This document shows, one piece after another, positions 14,630 to 27,559 of a stretch of DNA of 64,000 bases (position 1 is its first letter; the number at the start of each line of letters is the position of its first letter). This DNA comes from Octopus sinensis (lineage: Eukaryota), in NCBI RefSeq assembly GCF_006345805.1, contig NC_042997.1:104160001-104224000 (forward strand), read 5' to 3'. A model generated the notes under the pieces. That model did no database searches and had not been told where the DNA came from. It worked only from the letters and a program-made list of their open reading frames with translations. The position numbers were made by a program, and so were the translations under genes.

Positions 14630-16900
14630 ACTCTAGCACGTTACTTAGACCCTCTATCATGTAACAAGAGCATGTACTTGCTTCACTAAGAGTTAAGTCG
14701 AGAGCTACTGACTTGTTTTGGGTAATATGTTGAAGGCGTTGGCAGTCCATCTCGTAGCTGAAAAAGCCGATTCTGGAGGCATGTGTTCGATTACATTGAG
14801 AGCAGAAAAGAGGGCTCCGACGAAGTTGAGCTCGTCTAGGATTTTGCTGACTTACCTTGAGCTGCCTCCGCTTTTTATCGCGAAGTATAGTCCGCTCATC
14901 CTCAAAATGCTGCGTACTAGTTTTGACCATAATACCCCTCCAGGTAGTACGGTCTGTGGCCAGTGTTTCAAGTTCAACAGGGGAAATGTTGCAGAGCTTC
15001 AGGGATTTCTTGAGATGATCTTCATATTGCTTCTTTGGACGACAAAAGAAACAATACCCTCTGCTAACTCCACCAAAACGACAATCTTGGGTACACGGTT
15101 TTCCCGCATCCTGATAACATTCCCCACCCAGCGCATTTGATGTTTGCGTATCAATTTCGATCGACTCAGGATCTCCGTATGTAAGATCTTGTCCTTCTAG
15201 GTCTCATGAAGAATGCACTGGAGGCAGCGGATATGAAAAGATTCGAGAAGATTGACATGATGACAATAAAGCGTCCAGGTTTCTGAGGTATACAGAAGCT
15301 TGGAAATCACAACAGCACGATAAACCTCGATTTTCGTGGAGAGATTCAGATCTTGATGAAGGAAGACCCTATCCTTTAGACGTCCAAAAGCGTAGGAGGC
15401 AAGGTGGATACGATTCTGACCCCATTACTTCAGATTATGCTACACAAATAGGTGAATTTCTCGGTGATCGTCTTGGATCGAAAGAGTCACAGGGGGTGAA
15501 CCATTTTTAGAACGTTGAAGGATCTCTATTTTCTTGGTGTTGACCTGGAGTCCAGCCCGACGATAGGCGATTCACACAACGTCTAGGTTCTGCTGAAGGC
15601 TGGCTGGTTGGTGGGCGAGAGCTTCGCAGTTATCGGCATACTGTAATTCGAAGGGAGTAGTGGACTGAGTCATTTGTTCGCGATTTTAGTCTCCTTATGT
15701 TGAAGAGACTGCCATTGTGGCGATATCGAATTGGAATGCCATCTTCGGGTTTGATGTCGTAGCGAGATAGTAAGGTCACAGCCACAAGGAACACACTGAA
15801 AAAGACAGGGGACAGGACACAGCCTTGTTTAACTCCGACTTGAACGTTGAAGTAGTCAGACTGATCACCACCCAATGTCACACGTGCTTGCATGCCGTCA
15901 TGGAACTGACGTAGCATGGCAAGAAGCTTAGGAGGACATCCATGCCTCTGCAGGACATTCCATAGTAGTGGGCGGCTAATAGTATCAAAAACCTTAGTTA
16001 CGTCAATAAAGGCGAACGAGACATCACGCTGTTGTTCTCGGCACTTCTCTAATAGGAGGCGATGACGAAGACCATGTCGATAGTACTGCGGTCAGCTCTA
16101 AAACCGCATTGAGACCCTGTGAGGATTCCTTCAACGAAGTGGCCAAGAAGTCGAATGAGCAGGACGCGTGCCAAGATATTTCCTGCAACATCCAGGATTG
16201 AAATACTACTGTTGTTGTTGTAGTCTGAGCAATCTCCCTTCTTCTTCAAGATGCTGATTATGTCTGCGTGTTTCCAGCGTTGAGGGATCAGCACACTTTT
16301 CGAACAGTAGAAGATAATCTGGTGAATACACTGGACAAGAGCAGGACCACCATATTTATAGATCTCCCCCGACACACCATCTGATCTAGGTGATTTCGTG
16401 TGTTTTTAAGCAGGAGAGAGCTGTACGGATTTCCACGAGGGGGGGGGGCGTACAGTGCCCAGCTCAGGGAGATGAGGGAGCTCGTCAGTTAGTGTGGTGT
16501 CTGTAGGATTTATCTTGTTCAACAAGGAGCTGATATGTTCTGCCCATCTCTCACGGATCTGGGTATTTCCCTTGTTGAGAGTGTTGCCGTCTGAAGATCG
16601 TATCGGATTGATATGATTGGAGGATTGACCGTACATCGATTTGGTTGCAGTGAAAAACTCGTGAATCTTATTTTCATCCGTAAAACGTTGAATTTCTGCA
16701 GCTTTGTTCTTCCAATTCTGGACGTGTGCGTAGGACCTGCTCGAGAGGTAGGCATCATGAACCCGGTTTTTACTTCTGAGAAGAGGGAGGATCTCATCAG
16801 CAGATTCATCAAACCAGTCAGGATTGCGACGTCTAGTGTGTCCTAGTTGTTCGGTTGCAGGCAGAGTCTTCTTGATAGTTTTAGTAACTTCTCTGCTGAA
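14630..16900 (-). mobile_element. RTE-clade LINE, 5'-truncated, decayed RT
   Basis: LGHTRRRNPDWFDE; QCGFRADRSTIDMVF; FHDGMQARV...GVKQGCVLSPVFF; C-terminal CSQCNRTHASRIG. Confidence 0.88.
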
Positions 16901-17125
16901 GTAGGGACAACATGTTCTTTGTGCATCTCCTTAACATCTTGGAGATTTTAGGTATAATTATACAAATGTCTCCATCTGTTCTAATTTAATTAAATTCTAT
17001 GTCTTTGTGCAGCTGAAGATTGCTCTACATTTTAAATTGATGAAATGATTGCATTGTTCAATTAAATGGAGTTGCATAGAACAATCGTACTGCATTACCT
17101 CTGGATATCCTTGTTCCTTATTTTG

Positions 17126-17215
<90 letters not shown>

Positions 17216-18899
17216 ATATATATATATTTATATTATATATATATATAGATATATATATATATATATATGTATGTATGTGTGTGTGTGGTGTGTGTGTGTG
17301 TGTGTGTGGTGTGTGTGTGTGTGTGTGTGCGTAGTAAAATTATACATATGCATATATAAAAGAAAAGGTATATACATATTTATAGACATGTATACTTCGT
17401 TTTCTTAATGTTCATCTACCAACTAGACCTCAGCAGACAAAATGCTTACCGAAATTTGTTCCACCTATATACTTTCTTCAAAAAATATTTTGTCCGCCGC
17501 TCTAACGAGTCCATCAGTAATGACTTTCGCATTGCAGTTATTACTACTGTTAGAATTACTTTTACATTTCCCCCGACCTCTGTTACAATAAACATCTCAT
17601 TCCAGCCACTTGTTACACACACCACGCATTTCTTCATCGCTTCATTCCATTCCACACCACTCTCTCCTGTCATGTGTGTTGGTATATCTGTCATACGTAA
17701 TTCAATGCGAAAGAATAACAAGAAAGGTCCTTTTAATTGGTCACTCCTCCCTAAAAAAAAAGATGAAAAAAAATACAAATCTACAGCACATCCCTGCCTT
17801 GGTAGTAGAGAGGGTGTTCATATCATTGTAACAACAGTCCGTTGATGAACGAACTTACTATGCCCATAGGTTAGGGATACTAAATTTGGGTTTAACACTA
17901 ATAAACAAACAATCCATCCTGTAAACATAACAAATACATTGGAGTATATAAATTTCCGTCTAACAACGATTCACGCTGATTTTACGTTTATTATGATGTA
18001 TTCATTCTTACTAGGAAAAGATGTATTTGAAAATTAAAACAAAACAAAAACAAAATAGGATAGGAACACAAAATATATGTCACCCTTCGCATGAAATGCT
18101 TCTGAATTCCACCACCTCTCCTGATAACTACTGCTACCCAAATTCAAAACCGATACTACAACAACAAAATAATTGTTTATTTAAAACAGCGTACACGTGT
18201 ATGGTAGATTGACTAATTTTTTAAAATAACACGTTCCATTGCTGCTGTTCTTGGCGAAAACGGATCTGAAATATCGTTAACATTTTTACACTGTTAAGTT
18301 AGAAGTCAAAGGTCTTTAGGCAACATAGAATAGGATAGAATTTTCATAGTTTTAGTGAGTGTGCGCGCGTACTTATTTATATTTGATACTGTGGGGAACT
18401 TTCTTTGAATGATAAAGATGAATGTTCGAGTCTCAAGCGCAGCCTTCGACCTTATTCCATTCATTTCCCCCCATTTTTAAGCCGTTATTCTACACGCTAT
18501 TATATACAGCTTTACTCAAGCTTATCATATATGTATGTACGTAAGTATGTATGTATGTATGTATGTATGTATGTATGTATGTATGTATGTATGTATGTAT
18601 GTATGTATGGACGTACGTACGTACGTGACTAGCTTGTACACAGTTTGTGCCTACTAAATTAATGCACAAAGAATTAGCCGTTCTGGGGTTATATTGCCCT
18701 GCAGTTAAAATTAACTAGAAACCATAAGGCTTTACTTTAGACACATGGAAATAATAATCAAGATGTTTATGCTTTTGTCATTCACATTACTGGTTTAGAT
18801 GAAGAACAATAGGGATTATAATACACTGAAATTATTATTTTTAGGAGCTTGCTTCTGGTACAGCCGTATTTGTTATACTCTTCATGTAATTAAATGAAC

Positions 18900-19348
18900 T
18901 TAATATTGATTTCAAGCCTTAAATTTTGGCACAATGCCAGCAAGTTTGGTGCATGGGTGAGTCGATTTCCTCGACCCTAGTGGTTGACTGGTATTTATTT
19001 TATCGACTCAATAGGATGAACGGCAAAGTCGACTTCCGCTGAATTTGAACTCAGAACGTAAAGACGTATGAAACGTTGCTAAGCATCTTACGAGGCATGC
19101 TATCCCAATTCGCCACCTTAAATGAGGTTTAATGGTTTCAAATTATGGCACGGGGCCAGCAATTTCGGACGCGGGAGTGAGTTGTTTACTTCGAACCAAT
19201 GCTCAAGTGGTACTTATTTTATCGACCCCAAAAGGATGAAAGGCAAATTCGATCTCGGTGGAATTTAAACTCACACCGTAAAGATGGACAATATGCCGCT
19301 AAGCAGTTTGCCCGGCGCGTTAACGATTCTGTTAGCTCGCCGCCTTAA
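18900..19348 (-). mobile_element. Two tandem SINE family B copies
   Basis: Reverse complement of GGCGGCGAGCT...GAGTTCAAATTC...GAGGTCGAC...CCTTTCATCCTTT..GGGTCGATAAA. Confidence 0.7.
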
Positions 19349-19457
19349 ATGGATTCGATATTGAAAGTACCATCTAATTACAAAATGCTTCTTTCACACA
19401 GATTCATAATGCATACATATAAACACAGACAGACACACAAACACGTAAACATATGTA

Positions 19458-19535
<78 letters not shown>

Positions 19536-19631
19536 TGTTTATGCAAGGATTTGATTTTTTATAAATACATTCATCCAATTATGTATTAACCAAAACCTAT
19601 GCAGAATTAATAGAATGAAATTACACACGCA

Positions 19632-19664
<33 letters not shown>

Positions 19665-19749
19665 ACAAGTACATGCACGTCATTGTAGAGTCGGGGTATA
19701 CAAATGTGGCTCTCCATAAGCAATAGCAAATTTTTCTTGCCTTCGTATA

Positions 19750-19780
<31 letters not shown>

Positions 19781-21009
19781 ATTGCTGAAGAGGTCACAGA
19801 TGTGTGACGAAAGATTTCCGGACGATGGACATGAGTTAAAATAATAAAATAAGAACAGTAATAAACGAGTGAAGAAAAAATATATACAATGTGTATGTAT
19901 GTATATGTATGTATGTATGTATGTTATATATATATATACATTACCAATACATACATATGAGTGAGTATATATGTATGTGAGTGAGTAGAAAGTAGAATAA
20001 GTTAAGCGCTTCATTGGAAGTCAACAATAAAAACGGTCCCCGGGTATTGGAGTTTCATCTTTTTCGTTTTTTATTTACTGAATATCTCCAAAAGAATTCA
20101 AAAAACAAATGCACATACAACCATACGTACAATCAGACTTAAAATCACATTTGAATAATTAGCGTAAACACATATGGACATGTATACACACATGAAACAC
20201 AAAAATATACACATACAAACTTACAAACACATACGTATCTATTTATTTCTTTTCCCTTCCTTAATTATGTGTGTGTTAGGATATATATATGTGTGTGTGT
20301 GTATGTATGTATGCATATATCTATATATATATGATGTATGTATGTATGTATATGTGTGCGTGTGGGTGTGTGTACGTATGTATATGAACAAGACATATAT
20401 ACTTAGATAACACCATTGTAACGAATTTGTAAGGTATTGAAAGATTCTATATGATCAAATCCCAATGGAACCTGCTTACAGCGGTTAGCGGGTTCAAAGA
20501 AAATTGCCGCTAAACAAAAGAAACAGCTTCTACTACCCAAAAATTAAAATAAATTCATACGAGAAAATAATGTATCTATTTTCTTCTTTCTTTCCACTTG
20601 ATTGGCAAATTCGTTGATGTTTTACGTTGCGATTTTGGCAGCTAGTTGCCTTGCTGTTTTTTTATTTTGTCAGTTGTATTGGTAATGTAATTTTTCAAGT
20701 TTGTTCATTCGATTTGGTGAATCTATGAAATTTCCGAAATTGTATCTATGCTACATGATGCATATATGTTTCGAGTTGTACATTTGTGCTTGTTTGTAAA
20801 TGAAGCGTACGTGTATTTCCGAATATGGCGAAATGTACAAATAGCCCTACATTAGTATTAATAATTGCATTTATATTTCTACCTTTTGCTCTCCAAGCCT
20901 CAGTGTATGTATGTATTTATGTATGTGTGTATGTATGTGTGTATGCATGCATGTATGTATATATGCATGTATGCATATATGCATGCATGTATGTACGTAT
21001 GTGTTTATC

Positions 21010-21040
<31 letters not shown>

Positions 21041-21057
21041 CTATCAATATATATATA

Positions 21058-21162
<105 letters not shown>

Positions 21163-22037
21163 CTTATATATGTATACATGTATATATGCATACAAATATG
21201 TCTACAACATGCAGGTATTCTTTAAAACTAGGCATAGTGGAGGGATCTTTCCTAGACTCTATCACGCACCAAATTAGGTGTATGAACAAAACACGTACAA
21301 TGTGTATGTGCGAGCGATAGTGTTTATATTTCTGGAGTTGTTCTAAATTATAATCTTATATGTGTGTGCGCTTGTGCGTGTTTGTGTATGTTTGTGTCCG
21401 TGCGCGCGTGTGTTGTGATAAAATCAAGAAGAAAATAATTTTGTTCAGAACTGCCATGAACTTAGCATTCACAAATTTGATAATCTTACATTATGCAGTA
21501 TCATGTAATATTTTTTATAGTGGTAGATTTTGATGAATGGATGATCTGATGATGGCAAAGAAAGCAAGCAAATTATCAGAGCTAAGGAAATATGAGCTAA
21601 AGTATATAGCCTATCCAAGACTATGGTGAAATTAAAAATTATAAAGATACGAACGCTAGATTGGCTTATCGATAAAGTTTGTTTAAAAAAATATCATTGA
21701 TAATTTTTGAACCCGCTCTATGGATTTGCCAATATAAAGCATTAGTGGATTAAAAATAATAATAAATAAATAAAACGGGTTCATATATCACTTATGATTC
21801 TGCGAGATGTGGTTGCTATGTGTCAGGATAATAAATGCTAGAAAACAGTATCTTGTAGGAAAGCATTTGTTTTTTGATGAAATAGCGCTGTTGCCCCACG
21901 AGCTTGGTGTCGGAAAGAAGCCCACGATACTTTAAGGTGCATGTTGCTGAATCAAACAGTTTCAAATAAAAAAATGATGATGCTATATACACACATTTGT
22001 ATACATATATGTTTTTATAAGCATAAATATATACCTA

Positions 22038-22112
<75 letters not shown>

Positions 22113-22118
<6 letters not shown>

Positions 22119-22300
22119 CCAAACATGAAAACACAAAGAGAAAACACAACAATGCGAGGACGTGAAACAAGTATAGTGTTATTGGATGCTCAGGAAAGGA
22201 AAGAAAGCAGGATTTAACGTTTCGAGCGGAGCTCTTCGTCAGAAACATAGGAAAAGGAAAGATCCAAGGAAGGAAAGACGGAGGGAAAAATCGCCATCGA
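22113..22300 (-). mobile_element. Short non-coding repeat with a minimal hammerhead-like motif (~22210-22250)
   Basis: Minus strand GUUU-CUGACGA-A-GAGC UCC GCUC-GAAA-CGUU-AAAU; 3' end abuts (TA)n. Confidence 0.6.
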
Positions 22301-23039
22301 TACACACACACACACACACATACACACACACACACATACACACACACACATATATATATATATGGACATACATAATCATGCACACATACAAATATATATT
22401 CTTTCATATGTATAGTTATATCTAGAGTGGAAGATACATAGACTCACTCTTACGCACATATACAGACTTACACACACAAATATATATACACCAATCTACA
22501 TATATTTATAAATATATGTGTGTGTGAGTGTTCGTGCGTGTGCATATTTATGTATATATATATATATATATACATATATATGTATTATATACATACATAT
22601 AAATACTAGCCTACGTACATTCATTCACAATATCTATACATGTACACAGTTCTATACATGTACGATTTTACAAATGTCTGCCGGTCTTTGGGTAAGTTTC
22701 TCTGTACAATGAAGAGTTTTGTCGATAATTTCTTTTCAAGTGGATGTTGAGAAATAAATATCTCATTTTTGTCTAGACAAGTCTAGTTTATCTAATGTCC
22801 ATCATTCTTTGTTTCTGTTTTAAGTTCTGTGTATGGATGAGAAGAGGGCGGGACAGCGAAAGGAAAAAAGAAAACGAGAAAAATCGCGTAGAAACGACGC
22901 TGTATGAGCGAGTGTGTGCCTTTGTTTAGTTGCAGTTATTTTGTCCATATATGCTTGCGTGTGTGCGGGTATACTCGTGTGTGTGTGTGTGCTTGTGTGT
23001 GTATGTGTGTGTGTGTGTGTGTGTGTTTGCTTGTGTGTG

Positions 23040-23070
<31 letters not shown>

Positions 23071-23853
23071 TAATGTGATGTATCTCTATGTGCATTTGTG
23101 TTTCAATGAGACAGAAATAAAAGTGCGTCTGAGAAATGATCAGTTCAATAGACGGATGAAATGTGAGTTAGCATGTGATTATATGTGTATCTCTGAGCGA
23201 ATGTATGCATGCATATGTGTGTGTGTGTGTGTTTTTGTGCACTGCGTAAGGGAGTGAGAGTGTGAGAGAGAGAGAGAACAAGAAACAGTAACAAAGAGAG
23301 GGAGAGAAAGGTTTGCAGGGAAAAAATTCATGACAGAGTGAAAAGAAATTGATCACGAGAGAGAGAAATCGCAGTCGTGTGAGTATGAGAGAAAATGGGA
23401 AAAGAAGGACGATACTGCGTATGACTGTCTTTCATTACAAGGAAGATGAAAAAGGAAGATAGTTAAGGGAAGCGACTGTATATCTTTCCCTACGTTCCCC
23501 GCCCCGCCCCGCTCTCATTTCGCTTCTACTTCAATCGATCGTTCTATCAGAAGTCTCGATCTCCTATCCGGTGGGTTACCCTAACCGCTTTCTGAAATTG
23601 TCGTGTGCTCATACCTCTGCATAATTTTATGAGCACTTGTCAGAATGATGGAACGTATGATCGCTTTGACATGAAAACCCATATTGAAAGACGCAGACAT
23701 TCCAAAATATATTTCAGACGTAAACCAATATATTAATTCGACTATGTATATTATGTGTCCATGGATAATGCACACACTTACACACATATACACATGCAGG
23801 CACGCAACCACGCATTCAAAGCTGCATATAGACAACACACACACACATCTACA

Positions 23854-23919
<66 letters not shown>

Positions 23920-24016
23920 CTGTCTGTCTGTATGTATACATATGCATATATATACGCCAAACCACTGCACACATATGTACATACATATACACACACATAT
24001 ATATAACTGTATATAT

Positions 24017-24058
<42 letters not shown>

Positions 24059-24594
24059 TATAAATACATACATACACCACACCACTCCACACACACTAGC
24101 ACTGACCACTTCGCAGCACCCACACCACACCATCATCCACACACCCACACACTATCTTCAATAGCGTCACCACACATATTACTATATGAGCTGCCACACA
24201 CACACTGCTTAACTCAGTACACACACCACTCACCATCTTGCACACTCCCACAACCACACTAGCACATAATAGCTGAACACAGACAATATATAAATATACA
24301 CGCAACACGCATTAACATACGCAGCATAGACAAAGATAATTTTCGACCACATACACCATACACATGCACACTGTTTGGTGACAGACACATAGACACACAC
24401 ACATGTACACACACCACGTGGAAATATACACAAAAAACATACACCCACACGTTACACATGCACACACGTTACACATGCACACACTCTCACACGCCAGAGT
24501 CACTCGCCCCTATTCACACATACACACTTAAACACTCGCACACATCATTCTCGCATACACACAAACGCACACGCATCTTCTCTTGTTAGGATCA

Positions 24595-24869
24595 CTAGCA
24601 CTATTATTATCTCCCTTTCATTCAACATCTTTGTTATTATAATCTCCCTTTCTTTCAACCTCTTTTTTTCCAATAATTCGCCATCCTGGACCACTGAACT
24701 CCACATTTTTTTTCATTCTCGCTCACTTTATTTCCTCTTATTCCTTTCTGTTGAAGAAAGTAGGCTCGAAACGTGAAGGACTTTTTCAATTTTCCTGAGC
24801 GTCAAACTAATACACTTGCTTGCTTATTCTTACATCTGTCTTCGTCTTTCGCTTTTCTGCAAATTTCAA

Positions 24870-24872
<3 letters not shown>
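24595..24872 (+). mobile_element. Short repeat with variant hammerhead-like motif (CUGUUGA core, 24742-24780)
   Basis: Homologous to 34420-34676; shares downstream TTCCTGAGC with the 22113-22300 element; 3' end abuts (TA)n. Confidence 0.5.
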
Positions 24873-24926
<54 letters not shown>

Positions 24927-25165
24927 TATATATATAATAGAAATATTAAAATTACTAAGTCTCTCTAAAAGAGAACAGCGGCAGCGTTCCCGGAAAATAA
25001 TAGTTATCGCCATACTAATATGGCATTCTTATAAAAATAAGAATAAAGCTGTCCGCTTATTAGCTCCATGAGGCCATCGCCTTAAGTTAGCTATTTGATA
25101 CACAAACTGTATCCATATAACCTTCGAACAAGGGAGGTCAGTCGCTCCACACTACTTGACCGGCA

Positions 25166-25207
25166 GCTACAGACGCGTTTCGGGGTATTGCCCCTTTTCA
25201 ATGCAGC
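25166..25207 (-). ncRNA. Type I hammerhead ribozyme (inverted-arm copy)
   Basis: Reverse complement reads GCUGCA-UUGAAAA-GGGG CAAUA CCCC-GAAA-CGCGUC-UGUAGC. Confidence 0.8.
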
Positions 25208-25550
25208 GTAGCCAGCCAGTAGGTGTCGCTTCCGACAATCTCTGTTCGATGGTTTTATTTACCTAGTTTCGGTGGAATACATCCACTTGTTTTCAATAAT
25301 AGAAATATTAAAATTACTAAGTCTCTCTAAAAGAGAACAGCGGCAGCGTTCCCGGAAAATAATAGTTATCGCCATACTAATATGGCATTCTTATAAAAAT
25401 AAGAATAAAGCTGTCCGCTTATTAGCTCCATGAGGCCATCGCCTTAAGTTAGCTATTTGATACACAAACTGTATCCATATAACCACCGAAACTAGGTAAA
25501 TAAAACCATCGAACAGAGATTGTCGGAAGCGACACCTACTGGCTGGCTAC

Positions 25551-25592
25551 GCTGCATTGAAAAGGGGCAATACCCCGAAACGCGTCTGTAGC
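25551..25592 (+). ncRNA. Type I hammerhead ribozyme, copy A (predicted cleavage 3' of C25586)
   Basis: Stem I GCUGCA/UGUAGC, core UUGAAAA (U3-A8), stem II GGGG/CCCC, GAAA, palindromic stem III ACGCGU, GUC site. Confidence 0.85.
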
Positions 25593-25912
25593 TGCCGGTC
25601 AAGTAGTGTGGAGCGACAGACCTCCCTTGTTCGAAGGTTATATGGATACAGTTTGTGTATCAAATAGCTAACTTAAGGCGATGGTCTCATGGAGCTAATA
25701 AGCGGACAGCTTTATTCTTATTTTTATAAGAATGCCATATTAGTATGGCGATAACTATTATTTTCCGGGAACGCTGCCGCTGTTCTCTTTTAGAGAGACT
25801 TAGTAATTTTAATATTTCTATTATTGCAAACAAGTGGATGTATTCCACCGAAACTAGGTAAATAAAACCATCGAACAGAGATTGTCGGAAGCGACACCTA
25901 CTGGCTGGCTAC

Positions 25913-25954
25913 GCTGCATTGAAAAGGGGCAATACCCCGAAACGCGTCTGTAGC
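25913..25954 (+). ncRNA. Type I hammerhead ribozyme, copy B
   Basis: Identical 42-nt motif, 362 bp after copy A. Confidence 0.85.
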
Positions 25955-26274
25955 TGCCGGTCAAGTAGTGTGGAGCGACTGACCTCCCTTGATCGAAGGT
26001 TATATGGATACAGTTTGTGTATCAAATAGCTAACTTAAGGCGATGGCCTCATGGAGCTAATAAGCGGACAACTTTATTCTTATTTTTATAAGAATGCCAT
26101 ATTAGTATGGCGATAACTATTGTTTTCCGGGAACGCTGCCGCTGTTCTCTTTTAGAGAGACTTAGTAATTTTAATATTTCTATTATTGAAAACAAGTGGA
26201 TGTATTCCACCGAAACTAGGTAAATAAAACCATCGAACAGAGATTGTCGGAAGCGACACCTACTGGCTGGCTAC

Positions 26275-26316
26275 GCTGCATTGAAAAGGGGCAATACCCC
26301 GAAACGCGTCTGTAGC
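26275..26316 (+). ncRNA. Type I hammerhead ribozyme, copy C
   Basis: Identical 42-nt motif. Confidence 0.85.
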
Positions 26317-26633
26317 TGCCGGTCAAGTAGTGTGGAGCGACTGACCTCCCTTGATCGAAGGTTATATGGATACAGTTTGTGTATCAAATAGCTAACTTAG
26401 GCGATGGCCTCATGGAGCTAATAAGCGGACAACTTTATTCTTTTTTTATAAGAATGCCATATTAGTATGGCGATAACTATTGTTTTCCGGGAACGCTGCC
26501 GCTGTTCTCTTTTAGAGAGACTTAGTAATTTTAATATTTCTATTATTGAAAACAAGTGGATGTATTCCACCGAAACTAGGTAATAAAACCATCGAACAGA
26601 GATTGTCGGAAGCGACACCTACTGGCTGGCTAC

Positions 26634-26675
26634 GCTGCATTGAAAAGGGGCAATACCCCGAAACGCGTCTGTAGC
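26634..26675 (+). ncRNA. Type I hammerhead ribozyme, copy D
   Basis: Identical 42-nt motif. Confidence 0.85.
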
Positions 26676-26991
26676 TGCCGGTCAAGTAGTGTGGAGCGAC
26701 TGACCTCCCTTGATCGAAGGTTATATGGATACAGTTTGTGTATCAAATAGCTAACTTAAGCGATGGCCTCATGGAGCTAATAAGCGGACAACTTTATTCT
26801 TATTTTTATAAGAATGCCATATTAGTATGGCGATAACTATTGTTTTCCGGGAACGCTGCCGCTGTTCTCTTTTAGAGAGACTTAGTAATTTTAATATTTC
26901 TATTATTGAAAACAGTGGATGTATTCCACCGAACTAGGTAAATAAAACCATCGAACAGAGATTGTCGGAAGCGACACCTACTGGCTGCTAC

Positions 26992-27033
26992 GCTGCATTG
27001 AAAAGGGGCAATACCCCGAAACGCGTCTGTAGC
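26992..27033 (+). ncRNA. Type I hammerhead ribozyme, copy E
   Basis: Identical 42-nt motif. Confidence 0.85.
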
Positions 27034-27351
27034 TGCCGGTCAAGTAGTGTGGAGCGACTGACCTCCCTTGATCGAAGGTTATATGGATACAGTTTGTGTA
27101 TCAATAGCTAACTTAAGGCGATGGCCTCATGGAGCTAATAAGCGACAACTTTATTCTTATTTTTATAAGAATGCCATATTAGTATGGCGATAACTATTGT
27201 TTTCCGGGAACGCTGCCGCTGTTCTCTTTTAGAGAGACTTAGTAATTTTAATATTTCTATTATTGAAAACAAGTGGATGTATTCCACCGAAACTAGGTAA
27301 ATAAAACCATCGAACAGAGATTGTCGGAAGCGACACCTACTGGCTGGCTAC

Positions 27352-27393
27352 GCTGCATTGAAAAGGGGCAATACCCCGAAACGCGTCTGTAGC
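27352..27393 (+). ncRNA. Type I hammerhead ribozyme, copy F
   Basis: Identical 42-nt motif. Confidence 0.85.
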
Positions 27394-27559
27394 TGCCGGT
27401 CAAGTAGTGTGGAGCGACTGACCTCCCTTGTTCGAAGGTTATATGGATACAGTTTGTGTATCAAATAGCTAACTTAAGGCGATGGCCTCATGGAGCTAAT
27501 AAGCGGACAGCTTTATTCTTATTTTTATAAGAATGCCATATTAGTATGGCGATAACTAT

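Noticed and set aside
23495-23590. GC-box cluster CCCCGCCCCGCCCC with nearby CpG-rich sequence (promoter?)
   Set aside because: No associated exon or ORF identified; the motif is too short to support a call.
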